A stretch of DNA of 63,196 nucleotides, filler included, from Octopus bimaculoides (GCF_001194135.2; 4 parts of 4 records of this genome joined end to end with filler, not necessarily neighbours in it); one strand, 5' to 3'; shown: positions 39,472-53,709, numbered from the whole stretch's first letter. The notes: generated by a model from the letters alone, not told the origin. Made by a program: numbers and translations.

Positions 39472-39695
39472 TGGAATGCGAGAAGGTAATGTCAAAGTGA
39501 TAGCAGTCTTGATCGGAGCGCTGGGCTCAATTCCATTGAAACTTCAAAACTTCTTAAGGCAACTGGAAATCCCATGCAAGATTGATGTCTTGCAAAAAGC
39601 AGCCATATTGGGCACAACGCACATCTTAAGGAAAGTATTATCTGTCTGAGGTCCTTGTTGTGACTTGACAGATGACTAAAGACTCCGGTGAATCA
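39470..39695 (+). mobile_element. R4/Dong-type RLE LINE, 3' end
   Basis: EGNVKVIAVLIGALGSIPLKLQNFLRQLEIPCKIDVLQKAAILGTTHILRKVLSV* (stop 39647-39649) matches the VxVIPVVIGALG...LQKxALLGTAHILRKVL terminus; (AAT)n on the left and (ATT)n on the right. Confidence 0.8.
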
Positions 39696-39770
<75 letters not shown>

Positions 39771-42082
39771 GTTATTATTATTATCATTGCTACCAACATT
39801 GTTGTTGCTTATAAAGTTGTGTTGTTAATGTTATTGTGTTGTTAGTGTTGTTTTTGAGTATTTTAACCATTGGTGTTGCTGCTGATGTTGATCTTGTCCG
39901 AATTGTCGTCGTCATTTTTGTTGTTCTTCATACTGTTGTCATCTAAGCCACATGTACTACAATGGTCTAATAATTTCCCTTTCTTTCTCCGAACGTGACT
40001 TTGCATTCCACTTCAAACGTCTTCATACCGTCAACACAAAGTAACACACGTACGCACAAACACACACACACACACATACACACACGCATACACACACTCA
40101 CACACACTGTTTTGTACACACGTAGGCGCTATGCATTCAAAGCATGTGCAGTGTGCAAAATCAAATCCTACACCATCTTTGTCTTCCTGTTTCTCTAAAT
40201 TTTAAACACACATAAACATATAAATACAAACATATATATATATATATATATATATATANNNNNNNNNNNNNNNNNNNNNNNNNNNNNNNNNNNNNNNNNN
40301 NNNNNNNNNNNNNNNNNNNNNNNNNNNNNNNNNNNNNNNNNNNNNNNNNNNNNNNNNNNNNNNNNNNNNNNNNNNNNNNNNNNNNNNNNNNNNNNNNNNN
40401 NNNNNNNNNNNNNNNNNNNNNNNNNNNNNNNNNNNNNNNNNNNNNNNNNNNNNNNNNNNNNNNNNNNNNNNNNNNNNNNNNNNNNNNNNNNNNNNNNNNN
40501 NNNNNNNNNNNNNNNNNNNNNNNNNNNNNNNNNNNNNNNNNNNNNNNNNNNNNNNNNNNNNNNNNNNNNNNNNNNNNNNNNNNNNNNNNNNNNNNNNNNN
40601 NNNNNNNNNNNNNNNNNNNNNNNNNNNNNNNNNNNNNNNNNNNNNNNNNNNNNNNNNNNNNNNNNNNNNNNNNNNNNNNNNNNNNNNNNNNNNNNNNNNN
40701 NNNNNNNNNNNNNNNNNNNNNNNNNNNNNNNNNNNNNNNNNNNNNNNNNNNNNNNNNNNNNNNNNNNNNNNNNNNNNNNNNNNNNNNNNNNNNNNNNNNN
40801 NNNNNNNNNNNNNNNNNNNNNNNNNNNNNNNNNNNNNNNNNNNNNNNNNNNNNNNNNNNNNNNNNNNNNNNNNNNNNNNNNNNNNNNNNNNNNNNNNNNN
40901 NNNNNNNNNNNNNNNNNNNNNNNNNNNNNNNNNNNNNNNNNNNNNNNNNNNNNNNNNNNNNNNNNNNNNNNNNNNNNNNNNNNNNNNNNNNNNNNNNNNN
41001 NNNNNNNNNNNNNNNNNNNNNNNNNNNNNNNNNNNNNNNNNNNNNNNNNNNNNNNNNNNNNNNNNNNNNNNCCAACCAACCGGCAGAGCAGCCAAACAAC
41101 CAGCCAACCAGCTACTATGATTACCCATCTCAATCAACTAACCACAATGACTTATCACTACCAGCCACCGTCCATCGCCACCACCACCACCACCACCACC
41201 GGCACCAGCCAACACCTCCACCGCCATTTCAAAAGTCGCCCTCACCCCACGCGACTAACCATAATCATACCAAGAAACACAACCTCCAGCCACACCCACA
41301 CTTATTACCCGATATTCCATTAATAAATCAATTAGTAACAATTCAATATAAAATGGAATGAAAAAAAAAAGAAACTAAACAAACAAAAAAATTCAAAATA
41401 ACACAAAAATAAATTAAAAACAATCGAATCATCAAGAAACACTAATGGCCGCCGTTCAGTATTTACGTCATTTGCATATTTCATTGTGGCATCCATGTTG
41501 ACAGCACCATGAAAGAGGACGGAGTATTCTAGAAATAATTGGCTGTCTAATGAGGCCAAAGGTGATGATGGGTGATGAAGTGCTGAGACATTTTGTATTT
41601 GTTATTTAAGTTATATTGTAAATACGTTTCAGGGTTCTAAGTTCGAATCTGGATGTTGCCATTGGTGGATAGTTTTGGTAAATACAAGTGTAGACGTGGC
41701 TGTGTGGTAAAAAGTTTGGTTACTAACAAGATGACTCCGGGTTCAGACACTCTAGCGTCGGACCGACCAATATCTATAGAGAAGTCTATAGTGTTCTCTA
41801 CTCCCTTACTTTTACCCTCTCCCCTTACTTAGCAGTCTATAGCTCTTTTGTCTTAATAACGGTCAACCACACAGTAATTTCCCTTTGTTTAACGGTCAAT
41901 TTTTCACAGGAATTTTCAATGGCCGGATAACTGAAGGGATGTTGGCGTGGGTTCCCACGCCGGCATCCGAAACTCGGAGTTTTATCATGGCTACCGAATA
42001 AGTGTTACATATTTTTACAGATAAATTCCTCTATTTACATAATATCGAGGTCTCTTTCTTTCTTTTGTTGTCCTTCCTATCA

Positions 42083-42151
<69 letters not shown>

Positions 42152-42154
<3 letters not shown>

Positions 42155-42306
42155 GACGGGCTTTTTTTAGTTTCCGTCTACCGGATCCACTCATAAGGCT
42201 TCGGTCGGCCCGAGGATATAATAGAAGACACTTGCCCAAAGTGCTACGCAGTGGGACTGAACCCGGAACCATGTGGCTGGGAAGCAATCTTCTTACCACA
42301 CAGCCA
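42152..42306 (-). mobile_element. SINE family D, 5' half
   Basis: ACGACGGGCTTTTTTTAGTTTCCGTCTACC...GGGACTGAACCCGGAACCATGTGG...CTTACCACACAGCCAC; collinear with 1135-1287. Confidence 0.85.
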
Positions 42307-42781
42307 CTTGACAGAAGCCTGGTTTATTTTTCTTATTACGCCAGTGCATGCCAGTTTAGTTAGCAGGTACTTTTTCTTGATATATTCTTCAAATCTCAAG
42401 AATCATTTTAAAGAATCTGGCGAAATATAGGATGGTACTTTTCTGCAGCTCGACAATGCGAGTTTCAATTCCAATCTATTTCACTTTTTAGTTAGCATTT
42501 TGGGTGTTGTACCAAGTGAACCTATAATTACAGGAATAATTGATGTCTTTCTAGAGAGCACAATTTTAGCTGGAGAAAAATGCCAAAATGATCAAAAACT
42601 ACGTATAATTGGGTAGAGATTTGCATGTACATACATTTCCTGATAACCGCTAAAGGCCCCTGGAATATTCTGGAATTGTGCAGTGACATGGGTGCTGGAG
42701 AAAAACCTTGTGATATCTGTGTTACTGGCAGTAGCCTAGCTGCTACACATGAGGTAGTATAGATCATCTGAAAGTGTCCTG

Positions 42782-42869
<88 letters not shown>

Positions 42870-42914
42870 GCTTATTTTATTTTATTTCATCTTATTTTAT
42901 TTCAAGATTTCTTG

Positions 42915-43110
42915 CCAATAGAGAAAGAGTCAGTTTCTAACCTAGATCCAAGGTTGCTTCTTTGGAATTTCAACATCAACAGGCAGGGTACATTTGTATG
43001 TATGTATGTATGTATGTATGTATGTATGTATGTATGTATGTATGTATGTATATGTGCAAATTTCTATGTTCTGTTTTATGTATGTATTCTCATATATATA
43101 CTTAAAGGAT
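42915..43110 (-). mobile_element. 3' UTR of the RLE LINE family seen at 24610-25155
   Basis: CAAGATTTCTTGCCAATAGAGAAAGAGTCAGTTTCTAACCTAGATCCAAGG...(TATG)n is the reverse complement of ~24960-25150. Confidence 0.75.
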
Positions 43111-44438
43111 AAATATATACTTAAATGATAAACTTCTGCAACGTTTTACCTAGGTTTTACCTAAGTACCTAGGCGGATTTCTTCGACAAAACCCTTCAAG
43201 TCAGTGCCCCAGCTGGGCCACAGTCCAATAGTTGAAACAAGTAAATGGTAAAAGATAAAAGGCAAACAAAAAAATGGTGTGATCCAAGTTTTAATCCAAA
43301 AGAAGGAAGAATTCCAAGAATTAAGAGAATGACGGCACAAGAGGCGATGATGTATAGTTATTGTAATTTAGTGACCTCTGAGAGCTTCTAGCATTTCATA
43401 TACATACATACATACACACATACATACATATATATATATATATATNNNNNNNNNNNNNNNNNNNNNNNNNNNNNNNNNNNNNNNNNNNNNNNNNNNNNNN
43501 NNNNNNNNNNNNNNNNNNNNNNNNNNNNNNNNNNNNNNNNNNNNNNNNNNNNNNNNNNNNNNNNNNNNNNNNNNNNNNNNNNNNNNNNNNNNNNNNNNNN
43601 NNNNNNNNNNNNNNNNNNNNNNNNNNNNNNNNNNNNNNNNNNNNNNNNNNNNNNNNNNNNNNNNNNNNNNNNNNNNNNNNNNNNNNNNNNNNNNNNNNNN
43701 NNNNNNNNNNNNNNNNNNNNNNNNNNNNNNNNNNNNNNNNNNNNNNNNNNNNNNNNNNNNNNNNNNNNNNNNNNNNNNNNNNNNNNNNNNNNNNNNNNNN
43801 NNNNNNNNNNNNNNNNNNNNNNNNNNNNNNNNNNNNNNNNNNNNNNNNNNNNNNNNNNNNNNNNNNNNNNNNNNNNNNNNNNNNNNNNNNNNNNNNNNNN
43901 NNNNNNNNNNNNNNNNNNNNNNNNNNNNNNNNNNNNNNNNNNNNNNNNNNNNNNNNNNNNNNNNNNNNNNNNNNNNNNNNNNNNNNNNNNNNNNNNNNNN
44001 NNNNNNNNNNNNNNNNNNNNNNNNNNNNNNNNNNNNNNNNNNNNNNNNNNNNNNNNNNNNNNNNNNNNNNNNNNNNNNNNNNNNNNNNNNNNNNNNNNNN
44101 NNNNNNNNNNNNNNNNNNNNNNNNNNNNNNNNNNNNNNNNNNNNNNNNNNNNNNNNNNNNNNNNNNNNNNNNNNNNNNNNNNNNNNNNNNNNNNNNNNNN
44201 NNNNNNNNNNNNNNNNNNNNNNNNNNNNNNNNNNNNNNNNNNNNNNNNNNNNNNNNNNNNNNNNNNNNNNNNNNNNNNNNNNNNNNNNNNNNNNNNNNNN
44301 NNNNNNNNNNNNNNNNNNNNNNNNNNNNNNNNNNNNNNNNNNNNNNNNNNNNNNNNNNNNNNNNNNNNNNNNNNNNNNNNNNNNNNNNNNNNNNNNNNNN
44401 NNNNNNNNNNNNNNNNNNNNNNNNNNNNNNNNNNNNNN

Positions 44439-44473
<35 letters not shown>

Positions 44474-45023
44474 GCATACCAATGATAAAACTGTTCACGT
44501 CCGTCTTTCCGTTCATCACCCCAGGGACATTAACGATTTCCCTTCAAAGAAAATGGCTGATATGGCCAGATTCATTTATATCCCTTACAGCATTACTTTC
44601 GACCACGTCAGCCAAGTGATTGGATCCTGTCACACCAAAGTAATATGTATGGTCAGTGGTCACAAGGGGTCTGACCGTTGGTAATTTCACTTCGCCAGTA
44701 TCCCATTAACAAGATAAACACCCCTCTCGCTCTCTCCATGCCCACCCCATCGATTTATTTCATATGCTGCTGTGGTTGAATTAGTTTGTATTTATGCTTT
44801 TCTAGCTTTCTCGTCTTTACTGTGTCTAAGTTTTATTTCTCTCTTCTTTTACGTTTCTCTCTCTGGTTATAAATCTTTCTTTGTGTATAAGCAGTTATAC
44901 ACTCATACATCACATATATACACATACACACGCGCATGAACATGCGCATATACGCACAGATATAAATATGCATATATATATTTTTATAAACGCATGCGCA
45001 CAGACATATATGCCTGTAGATAA

Positions 45024-45054
<31 letters not shown>

Positions 45055-45118
45055 CATACATACATAAACAAACACATACACACTCCCATATGTATATGCG
45101 TGTGCATCTATCTATCTG

Positions 45119-45300
45119 TGGAGGTGCAATGGCCCAGTGATTGGGGCAGCGGACTCGCGGTCGTAGGATCGCAGTTTCGATTCCCAGACCGGGCATTGTG
45201 AGTGCTTATTGAGCGAAAACACCTAAAGTTCCACGAGGCTCCGGCAGGGGGTAACTCTGTAGGTGCAATCCCATGGCCATTCATGACCGAAGGGGGTCAC
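45119..45300 (+). mobile_element. Chimeric SINE: family A head joined to family B 3' end
   Basis: Matches the 2122 copy up to GGCTCCGGCAGGGG (~45250), then GTAACTCTGTAGGTGCAATCCCATGGCCATTCATGACCGAAGGGGG, the family B terminus. Confidence 0.75.
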
Positions 45301-45301
45301 A

Positions 45302-45401
<100 letters not shown>

Positions 45402-45563
45402 GCCTGCCTGTCATTTCATAACTATGAAATGAACTTAACAAAGCTGTGCATCCCCTCCTCGGCTGCGTAACGTATATCAACGTGATTTCGATCACCAAAG
45501 GCAAGATCACTTGTTCTGTCACTGTCAGATAAACTTAGTAACAAATAATCTAACATTTCTCAG

Positions 45564-45597
<34 letters not shown>

Positions 45598-46072
45598 GAA
45601 GCAAACCAACAGTTTGCACCTGGAGCATTATTAGAAACTTAACCACCTAAAAACCAATTACATTGTAACACAAAATTCAATTAAATAAATGACGGAAGTC
45701 AGCAAGTATCCAAATCAATCAATAATTTAATCAACAACAACAAACAAAAAACATATAAATAAGAAAGTAATTCATGAATAAGAATGACATAAATTAAACT
45801 AATCAACATAAATACACTAACTACAACCACTGCTCTTTATTACGAACATATTGAGAAAGAGATAGCTATGACCACTAAATAAAGTAAATTAACCAACTAT
45901 CGACATTTGAAGTCCAAATATACACAATTCGTGATACGATTTATTAGGAGTCAGATTCGAATTATATTTGAAAGGCAAGAAAACAACTCAGACATACTTG
46001 ATAAGAAATCGAATTACTAAATTTATTCTACTCTAGGCACAAGGCCCGACAATTTGGGGATTGAAGCTCGTG

Positions 46073-46134
<62 letters not shown>

Positions 46135-46400
46135 NNNNNNNNNNNNNNNNNNNNNNNNNNNNNNNNNNNNNNNNNNNNNNNNNNNNNNNNNNNNNNNNNN
46201 NNNNNNNNNNNNNNNNNNNNNNNNNNNNNNNNNNNNNNNNNNNNNNNNNNNNNNNNNNNNNNNNNNNNNNNNNNNNNNNNNNNNNNNNNNNNNNNNNNNN
46301 NNNNNNNNNNNNNNNNNNNNNNNNNNNNNNNNNNNNNNNNNNNNNNNNNNNNNNNNNNNNNNNNNNNNNNNNNNNNNNNNNNNNNNNNNNNNNNNNNNNN

Positions 46401-46475
<75 letters not shown>

Positions 46476-46499
46476 GTGTGTGTGTGTGTGTGTGTATTT

Positions 46500-46712
46500 G
46501 TTATTTTTGTCTGTGTTTGTTCCCCTACCATCGCTTGACAAACGATGTTAGTGTGGTTGTGTCCTCGTCACTTAGCGGTTCGGCAAAATCGACCGATAGA
46601 ATAAGTACTAGGCTTATAAAGAAGAAGTCCTGAGGTCGATTTGCTCGACTAAAGTCTGTGCTCCAGCATGGCCGCAGTCAAATAACTGAAACGAATAAAA
46701 GAATAAAAGAAA
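46500..46712 (+). mobile_element. 3' half of SINE family D, following (TG)n
   Basis: TTGTCTGTGTTTGTTCCCC...CACTTAGCGGTTCGGCAAAA...CTCCAGCATGGCCGCAGTC...GAAACGAATAAAAGAATAAAAGA; short copies of the CCAGCATGGCCGCAG end also occur near 43210, 49610(-), 55800(-) and 61755. Assignment to family D is from memory. Confidence 0.6.
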
Positions 46713-46722
46713 ATATATATAC

Positions 46723-46755
<33 letters not shown>

Positions 46756-47657
46756 NNNNNNNNNNNNNNNNNNNNNNNNNNNNNNNNNNNNNNNNNNNNN
46801 NNNNNNNNNNNNNNNNNNNNNNNNNNNNNNNNNNNNNNNNNNNNNNNNNNNNNNNNNNNNNNNNNNNNNNNNNNNNNNNNNNNNNNNNNNNNNNNNNNNN
46901 NNNNNNNNNNNNNNNNNNNNNNNNNNNNNNNNNNNNNNNNNNNNNNNNNNNNNNNNNNNNNNNNNNNNNNNNNNNNNNNNNNNNNNNNNNNNNNNNNNNN
47001 NNNNNNNNNNNNNNNNNNNNNNNNNNNNNNNNNNNNNNNNNNNNNNNNNNNNNNNNNNNNNNNNNNNNNNNNNNNNNNNNNNNNNNNNNNNNNNNNNNNN
47101 NNNNNNNNNNNNNNNNNNNNNNNNNNNNNNNNNNNNNNNNNNNNNNNNNNNNNNNNNNNNNNNNNNNNNNNNNNNNNNNNNNNNNNNNNNNNNNNNNNNN
47201 NNNNNNNNNNNNNNNNNNNNNNNNNNNNNNNNNNNNNNNNNNNNNNNNNNNNNNNNNNNNNNNNNNNNNNNNNNNNNNNNNNNNNNNNNNNNNNNNNNNN
47301 NNNNNNNNNNNNNNNNNNNNNNNNNNNNNNNNNNNNNNNNNNNNNNNNNNNNNNNNNNNNNNNNNNNNNNNNNNNNNNNNNNNNNNNNNNNNNNNNNNNN
47401 NNNNNNNNNNNNNNNNNNNNNNNNNNNNNNNNNNNNNNNNNNNNNNNNNNNNNNNNNNNNNNNNNNNNNNNNNNNNNNNNNNNNNNNNNNNNNNNNNNNN
47501 NNNNNNNNNNNNNNNNNNNNNNNNNNNNNNNNNNNNNNNNNNNNNNNATATATATATATATCCATATATATATACCACATAAGTACGTACACATACACAT
47601 AAGAAATACAGAAATATACATATATACATTATATACACGAATAAATATATGGAAATT

Positions 47658-47706
<49 letters not shown>

Positions 47707-48230
47707 TATAAAGTATATGTAATTATGTGGATATATATGTACATGTGCAAGTGTGTGTATGTGCATACATGTGCCCGGTTGTACGGCACTGTTCTATTGG
47801 TATGTATTTATGTATTATGTTTGTCAATTACAGATATGTTGACATGCGTTCGTTTATTTAATAAACATACATTTTATGTCGCAGTGGATAGAAACCCTTG
47901 TGGTCGGTGGAACCAAACTCCCTCTGTCGGTGGAATTGAAGTAAAATAAAATATTGGCGCCTGGTACACGGTATGCATACATATAATCATCCATCGATAT
48001 ATACGCATGTATATACACTATATATATATATATATATGCGCTTTTGTTTGTGTGCGTATATATATGTTAGAGTCTGCAGCTATAGATATTTTTAATGTTT
48101 GTTCGCATGAAAAGTGTTTGACATACAAATCAAGTACTGAATACTTCAAAAATTAACGGAAAAACATACATGGACAGACACACAAGCACATACACACACG
48201 CATAGAAATACACATATGCATATATGTGCA

Positions 48231-48301
<71 letters not shown>

Positions 48302-48473
48302 ATATATATCAATACAGCTACATACATAGACAGAACACAAATATTCTGCAATGAATACGCAATGCTACATACACGCAGCCATATCTATTTTGTTAGCCTC
48401 TTTGTCAGGGCATTGCTTCCACTTATGTTTTCTATTACGTCAATCCATCTTGAAAATTATACCCACCCCACAC

Positions 48474-48515
<42 letters not shown>

Positions 48516-49345
48516 NNNNNNNNNNNNNNNNNNNNNNNNNNNNNNNNNNNNNNNNNNNNNNNNNNNNNNNNNNNNNNNNNNNNNNNNNNNNNNNNNNNNN
48601 NNNNNNNNNNNNNNNNNNNNNNNNNNNNNNNNNNNNNNNNNNNNNNNNNNNNNNNNNNNNNNNNNNNNNNNNNNNNNNNNNNNNNNNNNNNNNNNNNNNN
48701 NNNNNNNNNNNNNNNNNNNNNNNNNNNNNNNNNNNNNNNNNNNNNNNNNNNNNNNNNNNNNNNNNNNNNNNNNNNNNNNNNNNNNNNNNNNNNNNNNNNN
48801 NNNNNNNNNNNNNNNNNNNNNNNNNNNNNNNNNNNNNNNNNNNNNNNNNNNNNNNNNNNNNNNNNNNNNNNNNNNNNNNNNNNNNNNNNNNNNNNNNNNN
48901 NNNNNNNNNNNNNNNNNNNNNNNNNNNNNNNNNNNNNNNNNNNNNNNNNNNNNNNNNNNNNNNNNNNNNNNNNNNNNNNNNNNNNNNNNNNNNNNNNNNN
49001 NNNNNNNNNNNNNNNNNNNNNNNNNNNNNNNNNNNNNNNNNNNNNNNNNNNNNNNNNNNNNNNNNNNNNNNNNNNNNNNNNNNNNNNNNNNNNNNNNNNN
49101 NNNNNNNNNNNNNNNNNNNNNNNNNNNNNNNNNNNNNNNNNNNNNNNNNNNNNNNNNNNNNNNNNNNNNNNNNNNNNNNNNNNNNNNNNNNNNNNNNNNN
49201 NNNNNNNNNNNNNNNNNNNNNNNNNNNNNNNNNNNNNNNNNNNNNNNNNNNNNNNNNNGTATACGTATGTCGGTGCAAACTAGTATGATAGTATGAATAC
49301 ATACACCTTTACATCTACACATGCATATATGTATATATATATATG

Positions 49346-49382
<37 letters not shown>

Positions 49383-49649
49383 GTACGCACACCTATGTAT
49401 GTATATTCATATATATTCATATGTATATATGTTTATATATGACAGCTGAGACGGTAATCAAAATGGAAGGATACGGAGATGAACGTCATCCAATCACGTC
49501 ATACCTACGACCAAACGTCGCTATCATACTTTAACCTTGTCTTTACACAGAGAGCTCTGCACATATTCCTCTTCCACTCTTTAGCTCTTTAACTAGTTTA
49601 TCTCGGGAGCTGCGACCATTCTGGAGCACCACCGTTAGCTTTGCTACAC

Positions 49650-50150
49650 TTTTACTCCATGAAAGCATCCCTGGTATGTGGCATTCGATGCAGGACGGAG
49701 TTTGATGCTGATTCCCTTATCTGCGTTTCCTGATGTGAGTTAGGCTTATCCGGAACTCTTGACAGGTGGGGATCCAGTTTTGTTTTGAAGGCACCTACAC
49801 TCACACCATGAGGGCTGTGGCCATGCTGTAGCACCACTTTCTTTCCATGAAACCTCTGATATTGTAGCATTTGATGAATGTGAGAATTTTATGTTGCTGC
49901 CCTCATTTGTGTTTCCTGTTGCGATGTAGATTAATCCAGAGACCTCTATAGGAGGGGAAGCCAGTTTCATCATGAAGATACTTAAAACCACCCGTGTCGG
50001 ACTTTCAGGCTTTTGGGGGAGGATATTGAAGAGCTGTGGGCCCTCGAAACCCAAGGCGTTGCAGTGTCTGGTCCTGTATCTTGAAAGAGAGGTGCGATCT
50101 TTGGCATTAAGCAGTGGCACCCTATTCTGTTTCTTGTGTAACTTTCAATG
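49650..50150 (-). mobile_element. CR1-like LINE 3' end with an internal insertion
   Basis: Reads SRYRTRHCNALGFEGPQLFNILP, then after ~180 bp of unrelated sequence HGVSVGAFKTKLDPHLSRVPDKP. Confidence 0.65.
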
Positions 50151-50479
50151 CCAAAGTTTTGTATAAGGCGTTCCAGAATTTTCCAGATGTAAAATCACTG
50201 CATAACTTTATCGCCTACATTCTAGAGAGAAGAGTCTTACGTTTTTTAGCCTTTTCCAGTAGGTAATATGTTGCATTGAGATGATCGTGTGAAGGGGCTT
50301 AAATTTGAGCCCCAAAACATGGGGCTCCAGAATGGTGTGATAAGAAGAATGGAAAGGCATGCCACTACAAGGGTCAATGGGCAGAGTGATGAATGACGGT
50401 GGCAGCTTTATGAGGATTTAAGCTCTGAACGTAAATGGTACTTCTCTGCATTGAAAAGTAACAGTTGCGGCACAACAGA

Positions 50480-50662
50480 CATGCGAATGCCGCTAAGCAT
50501 TTTGTCCGTCTTAACTTTGTGAGTTGAAATACCGCCGAGGTCGACTTTGCCTTTCATCCTTTCGGGGTCGATAAAATAAGTATCAGTTAAGCACTGGGGT
50601 CGATGTCATCGACTTACTCCATCCATCCATCGAAATTACTGGCCTTGTGCCGAAATTTGAAA
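50480..50662 (+). mobile_element. SINE family C, 5' eroded
   Basis: ATGCCGCTAAGCATTTTGTCCGTC...CCGCCGAGGTCGACTTTGCCTTTCATCCTTTCGGGGTCGATAAAATAAGT...GGCCTTGTGCCGAAATTTGAAA. Confidence 0.75.
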
Positions 50663-50689
50663 TAATCGTCATCATCGTCGTCATCGCCG

Positions 50690-50721
<32 letters not shown>

Positions 50722-51191
50722 GTCATCATCATCATTATTGCCGTCGTCGTCATCATCATCATTGTCATCATCATCATCATCATCGTCGTCGTCGTCGTCA
50801 TCATCATCATCATCATCGGCTTTCTCCTGCTCCTCCTGCACCTGCTCCTGCTCCTCCTGCTCCTCCTGCTCCTCCTCCTCACGGTGATGATGATCATCTA
50901 TTTTTCCTATCTTTTCTTCTTCTTCTTCTTCTTCTTCTTCTTCTTCTTCTTCTTCTTCTTCTTNNNNNNNNNNNNNNNNNNNNNNNNNNNNNNNNNNNNN
51001 NNNNNNNNNNNNNNNNNNNNNNNNNNNNNNNNNNNNNNNNNNNNNNNNNNNNNNNNNNNNNNNNNNNNNNNNNNNNNNNNNNNNNNNNNNNNNNNNNNNN
51101 NNNNNNNNNNNNNNNNNNNNNNNNNNNNNNNNNNNNNNNNNNNNNNNNNNNNNNNNNNNNNNNNNNNNNNNNNNNNNNNNNNNNNNNNNAT

Positions 51192-51236
<45 letters not shown>

Positions 51237-51398
51237 GAGAGAAAGAAAGAAAGGAATACACACACATATATATGCATACATATATACATGTGTCTATGTA
51301 CGCAATAAACACACAAATACATGCGTGTGCGTGTATATATGTGTGTGTATGTATGTGTGTATATATGTATATATATATGTATATATATACATACATGC

Positions 51399-51440
<42 letters not shown>

Positions 51441-51715
51441 NNNNNNNNNNNNNNNNNNNNNNNNNNNNNNNNNNNNNNNNNNNNNNNNNNNNNNNNNNNN
51501 NNNNNNNNNNNNNNNNNNNNNNNNNNNNNNNNNNNNNNNNNNNNNNNNNNNNNNNNNNNNNNNNNNNNNNNNNNNNNNNNNNNNNNNNNNNNNNNNNNNN
51601 NNNNNNNNNNNNNNNNNNNNNNNNNNNNNNNNNNNNNNNNNNNNNNNNNNNNNNNNNNNNNNNNNNNNNNNNNNNNNNNNNNNNNNNNNNNNNNNNNNNN
51701 NNNNNNNNNNNNNNN

Positions 51716-51755
<40 letters not shown>

Positions 51756-52107
51756 GCACAGATATATATGTGTGTGTGTATGTATGTGTTTCTTAAGAAA
51801 GAGAGAGAGAGAGAGAGTTTTTCATTATTAAACAACGGTGAATATATTATCGAAGACACTGGAGTATTTCCACAAAGACAATTTGGCTTTAAAAAAAAGA
51901 GTTGGGGAGACGGGACGGGACCCCTGGCTTCCTCTCCACCCACCCAACCACATTTATCTCACAGGAATGATGGAAAGACGACATGCCGTAAAGTAGAAGA
52001 ACCACAATCATTAGAACAACTGCAACAACAACTGCAACAACAACAACAACAGTAGCAGCAGCTGCCACTACTATATTTGTCGTCGTCGTCGTCGTCATCA
52101 TCATCAA

Positions 52108-52150
<43 letters not shown>

Positions 52151-52904
52151 GTCATCATGCCGTTTTTGCAACATGATAGCATTTGGCATATCATTCAAAA
52201 GTGAATAACTGAAACGGTATAAAAAAGAGATAGATAGAAAGATACACACATACATACATACATACATACATACATACATACACACATACATACATAAACT
52301 GACAGATAGATTGGTAAGTAGATTAAGGGTTCGACTGATTGATAAATAGATACCTCGATAGTTAGACGTACAAACAACGTCTGAACGAACAGAACAGAAC
52401 AGAATGAGAAAAGAAAAAAACAAGAGAAACAATGGAATAACACATGAGAGAGAATTAGAGAGAATAAGAGATAATACGAGGGACTAAAGAAGAGAGAATA
52501 AGAAGAATAAGAGAATGACAGATTGAGAGATTGACCTGGGCTTTCAGAAGAGAAGCAATACAAATGCCAATTGGTAAACATATATTTAATCATTTGGCCG
52601 AAGCAATTGAAATCCAATCTGAGAGTGACTTGAGCGAGGAAATTGTGTTGGTAGAGGGTCTGGTTATTAAAGTTGGTTCAAATGAAAACGGATTCCTGAG
52701 AGAATGAATATTAAGAGATGCGCAAATTACATGCGAATTTCCAAAGCAAATATATACATAGGTGTGGTGGTGTGTGTGAGTGAGTGTGTGTACGTACAGG
52801 TGTGTTTGTGTGTGTAGGTGTGTGTTTGCATGTGTGTAGGTGTGTGCGTGTCTTAGGTTGGTGTTTGGTGTGTAGTGATCTGTATGCGCGTGTGTAGGTG
52901 TGCA

Positions 52905-52938
<34 letters not shown>

Positions 52939-53114
52939 TGCGTGTACGAGTTGTGTTGTGGTGTGCACGTGTGTGCGTGTAGTTTATGTATATGTATATA
53001 TGTGTTTGTGACAATGTTTGTGTGTGTCGTAACTATGTATCGATACTTGCCTCCGTATATATGTGTGTATATATATATATGTATGTATGTACCTGATAGC
53101 ATATATACACACAG

Positions 53115-53160
<46 letters not shown>

Positions 53161-53240
53161 ACACAAACATATATATATATATATATATAAACACGCGTGT
53201 GTGTGCGTATGTATGTACACCTATAATATATTTAAAGTTA

Positions 53241-53340
53241 NNNNNNNNNNNNNNNNNNNNNNNNNNNNNNNNNNNNNNNNNNNNTTAATTAATTAANNNN
53301 NNNNNNNNNNNNNNNNNNNNNNNNNNNNNNNNNNNNNNNN
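53241..53340. other. Synthetic scaffold spacer (44 N + TTAATTAATTAA + 44 N)
   Basis: Same 100-bp structure as at 25454. Confidence 0.95.
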
Positions 53341-53709
53341 AAAGGAAGCTTTACAAATAGAATCACGGCTAGAATATGTCAAGCAATAAAATGTCAATAT
53401 TTGGGAATTGCTGGAATAGAATATAAAATGTTAAATTCTTAAATAGTGCTTGTTTAATGGCATCGCTATCGAATTCAAGGAGTGTAATTTTACGCCTGTG
53501 GTCTTATGAGCGTATGTATGTATGTATGTATGTATGTATGTATGTATGTATGCATGGATACATGTATGCAGATATGTATGTGTGTGTGTATTGTATATAT
53601 GTGTGGAAGTGAGTGAATGCTGCGGCTCAACTAAATGTATAAGTTGATGTATGTGAGTTTGTGTGTTTGAGTGCGTGTGTCCGTGGTGGTTCACAGAATT
53701 TGTGTACGT

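Noticed and set aside
50307-50327. Hairpin GAGCCCCA-AAACA-TGGGGCTC
   Set aside because: Isolated 8-bp stem with no TSD, second copy or functional context.
52590-52700. Alternative phase-2 terminal exon for the 56180-56306 candidate (NPFSFEPTLITRPSTNTISSLKSLSDWISIASAK*); a similar option lies near 55710-55580
   Set aside because: Several mutually exclusive partners fit the same phase, showing that phase compatibility alone is weak evidence.
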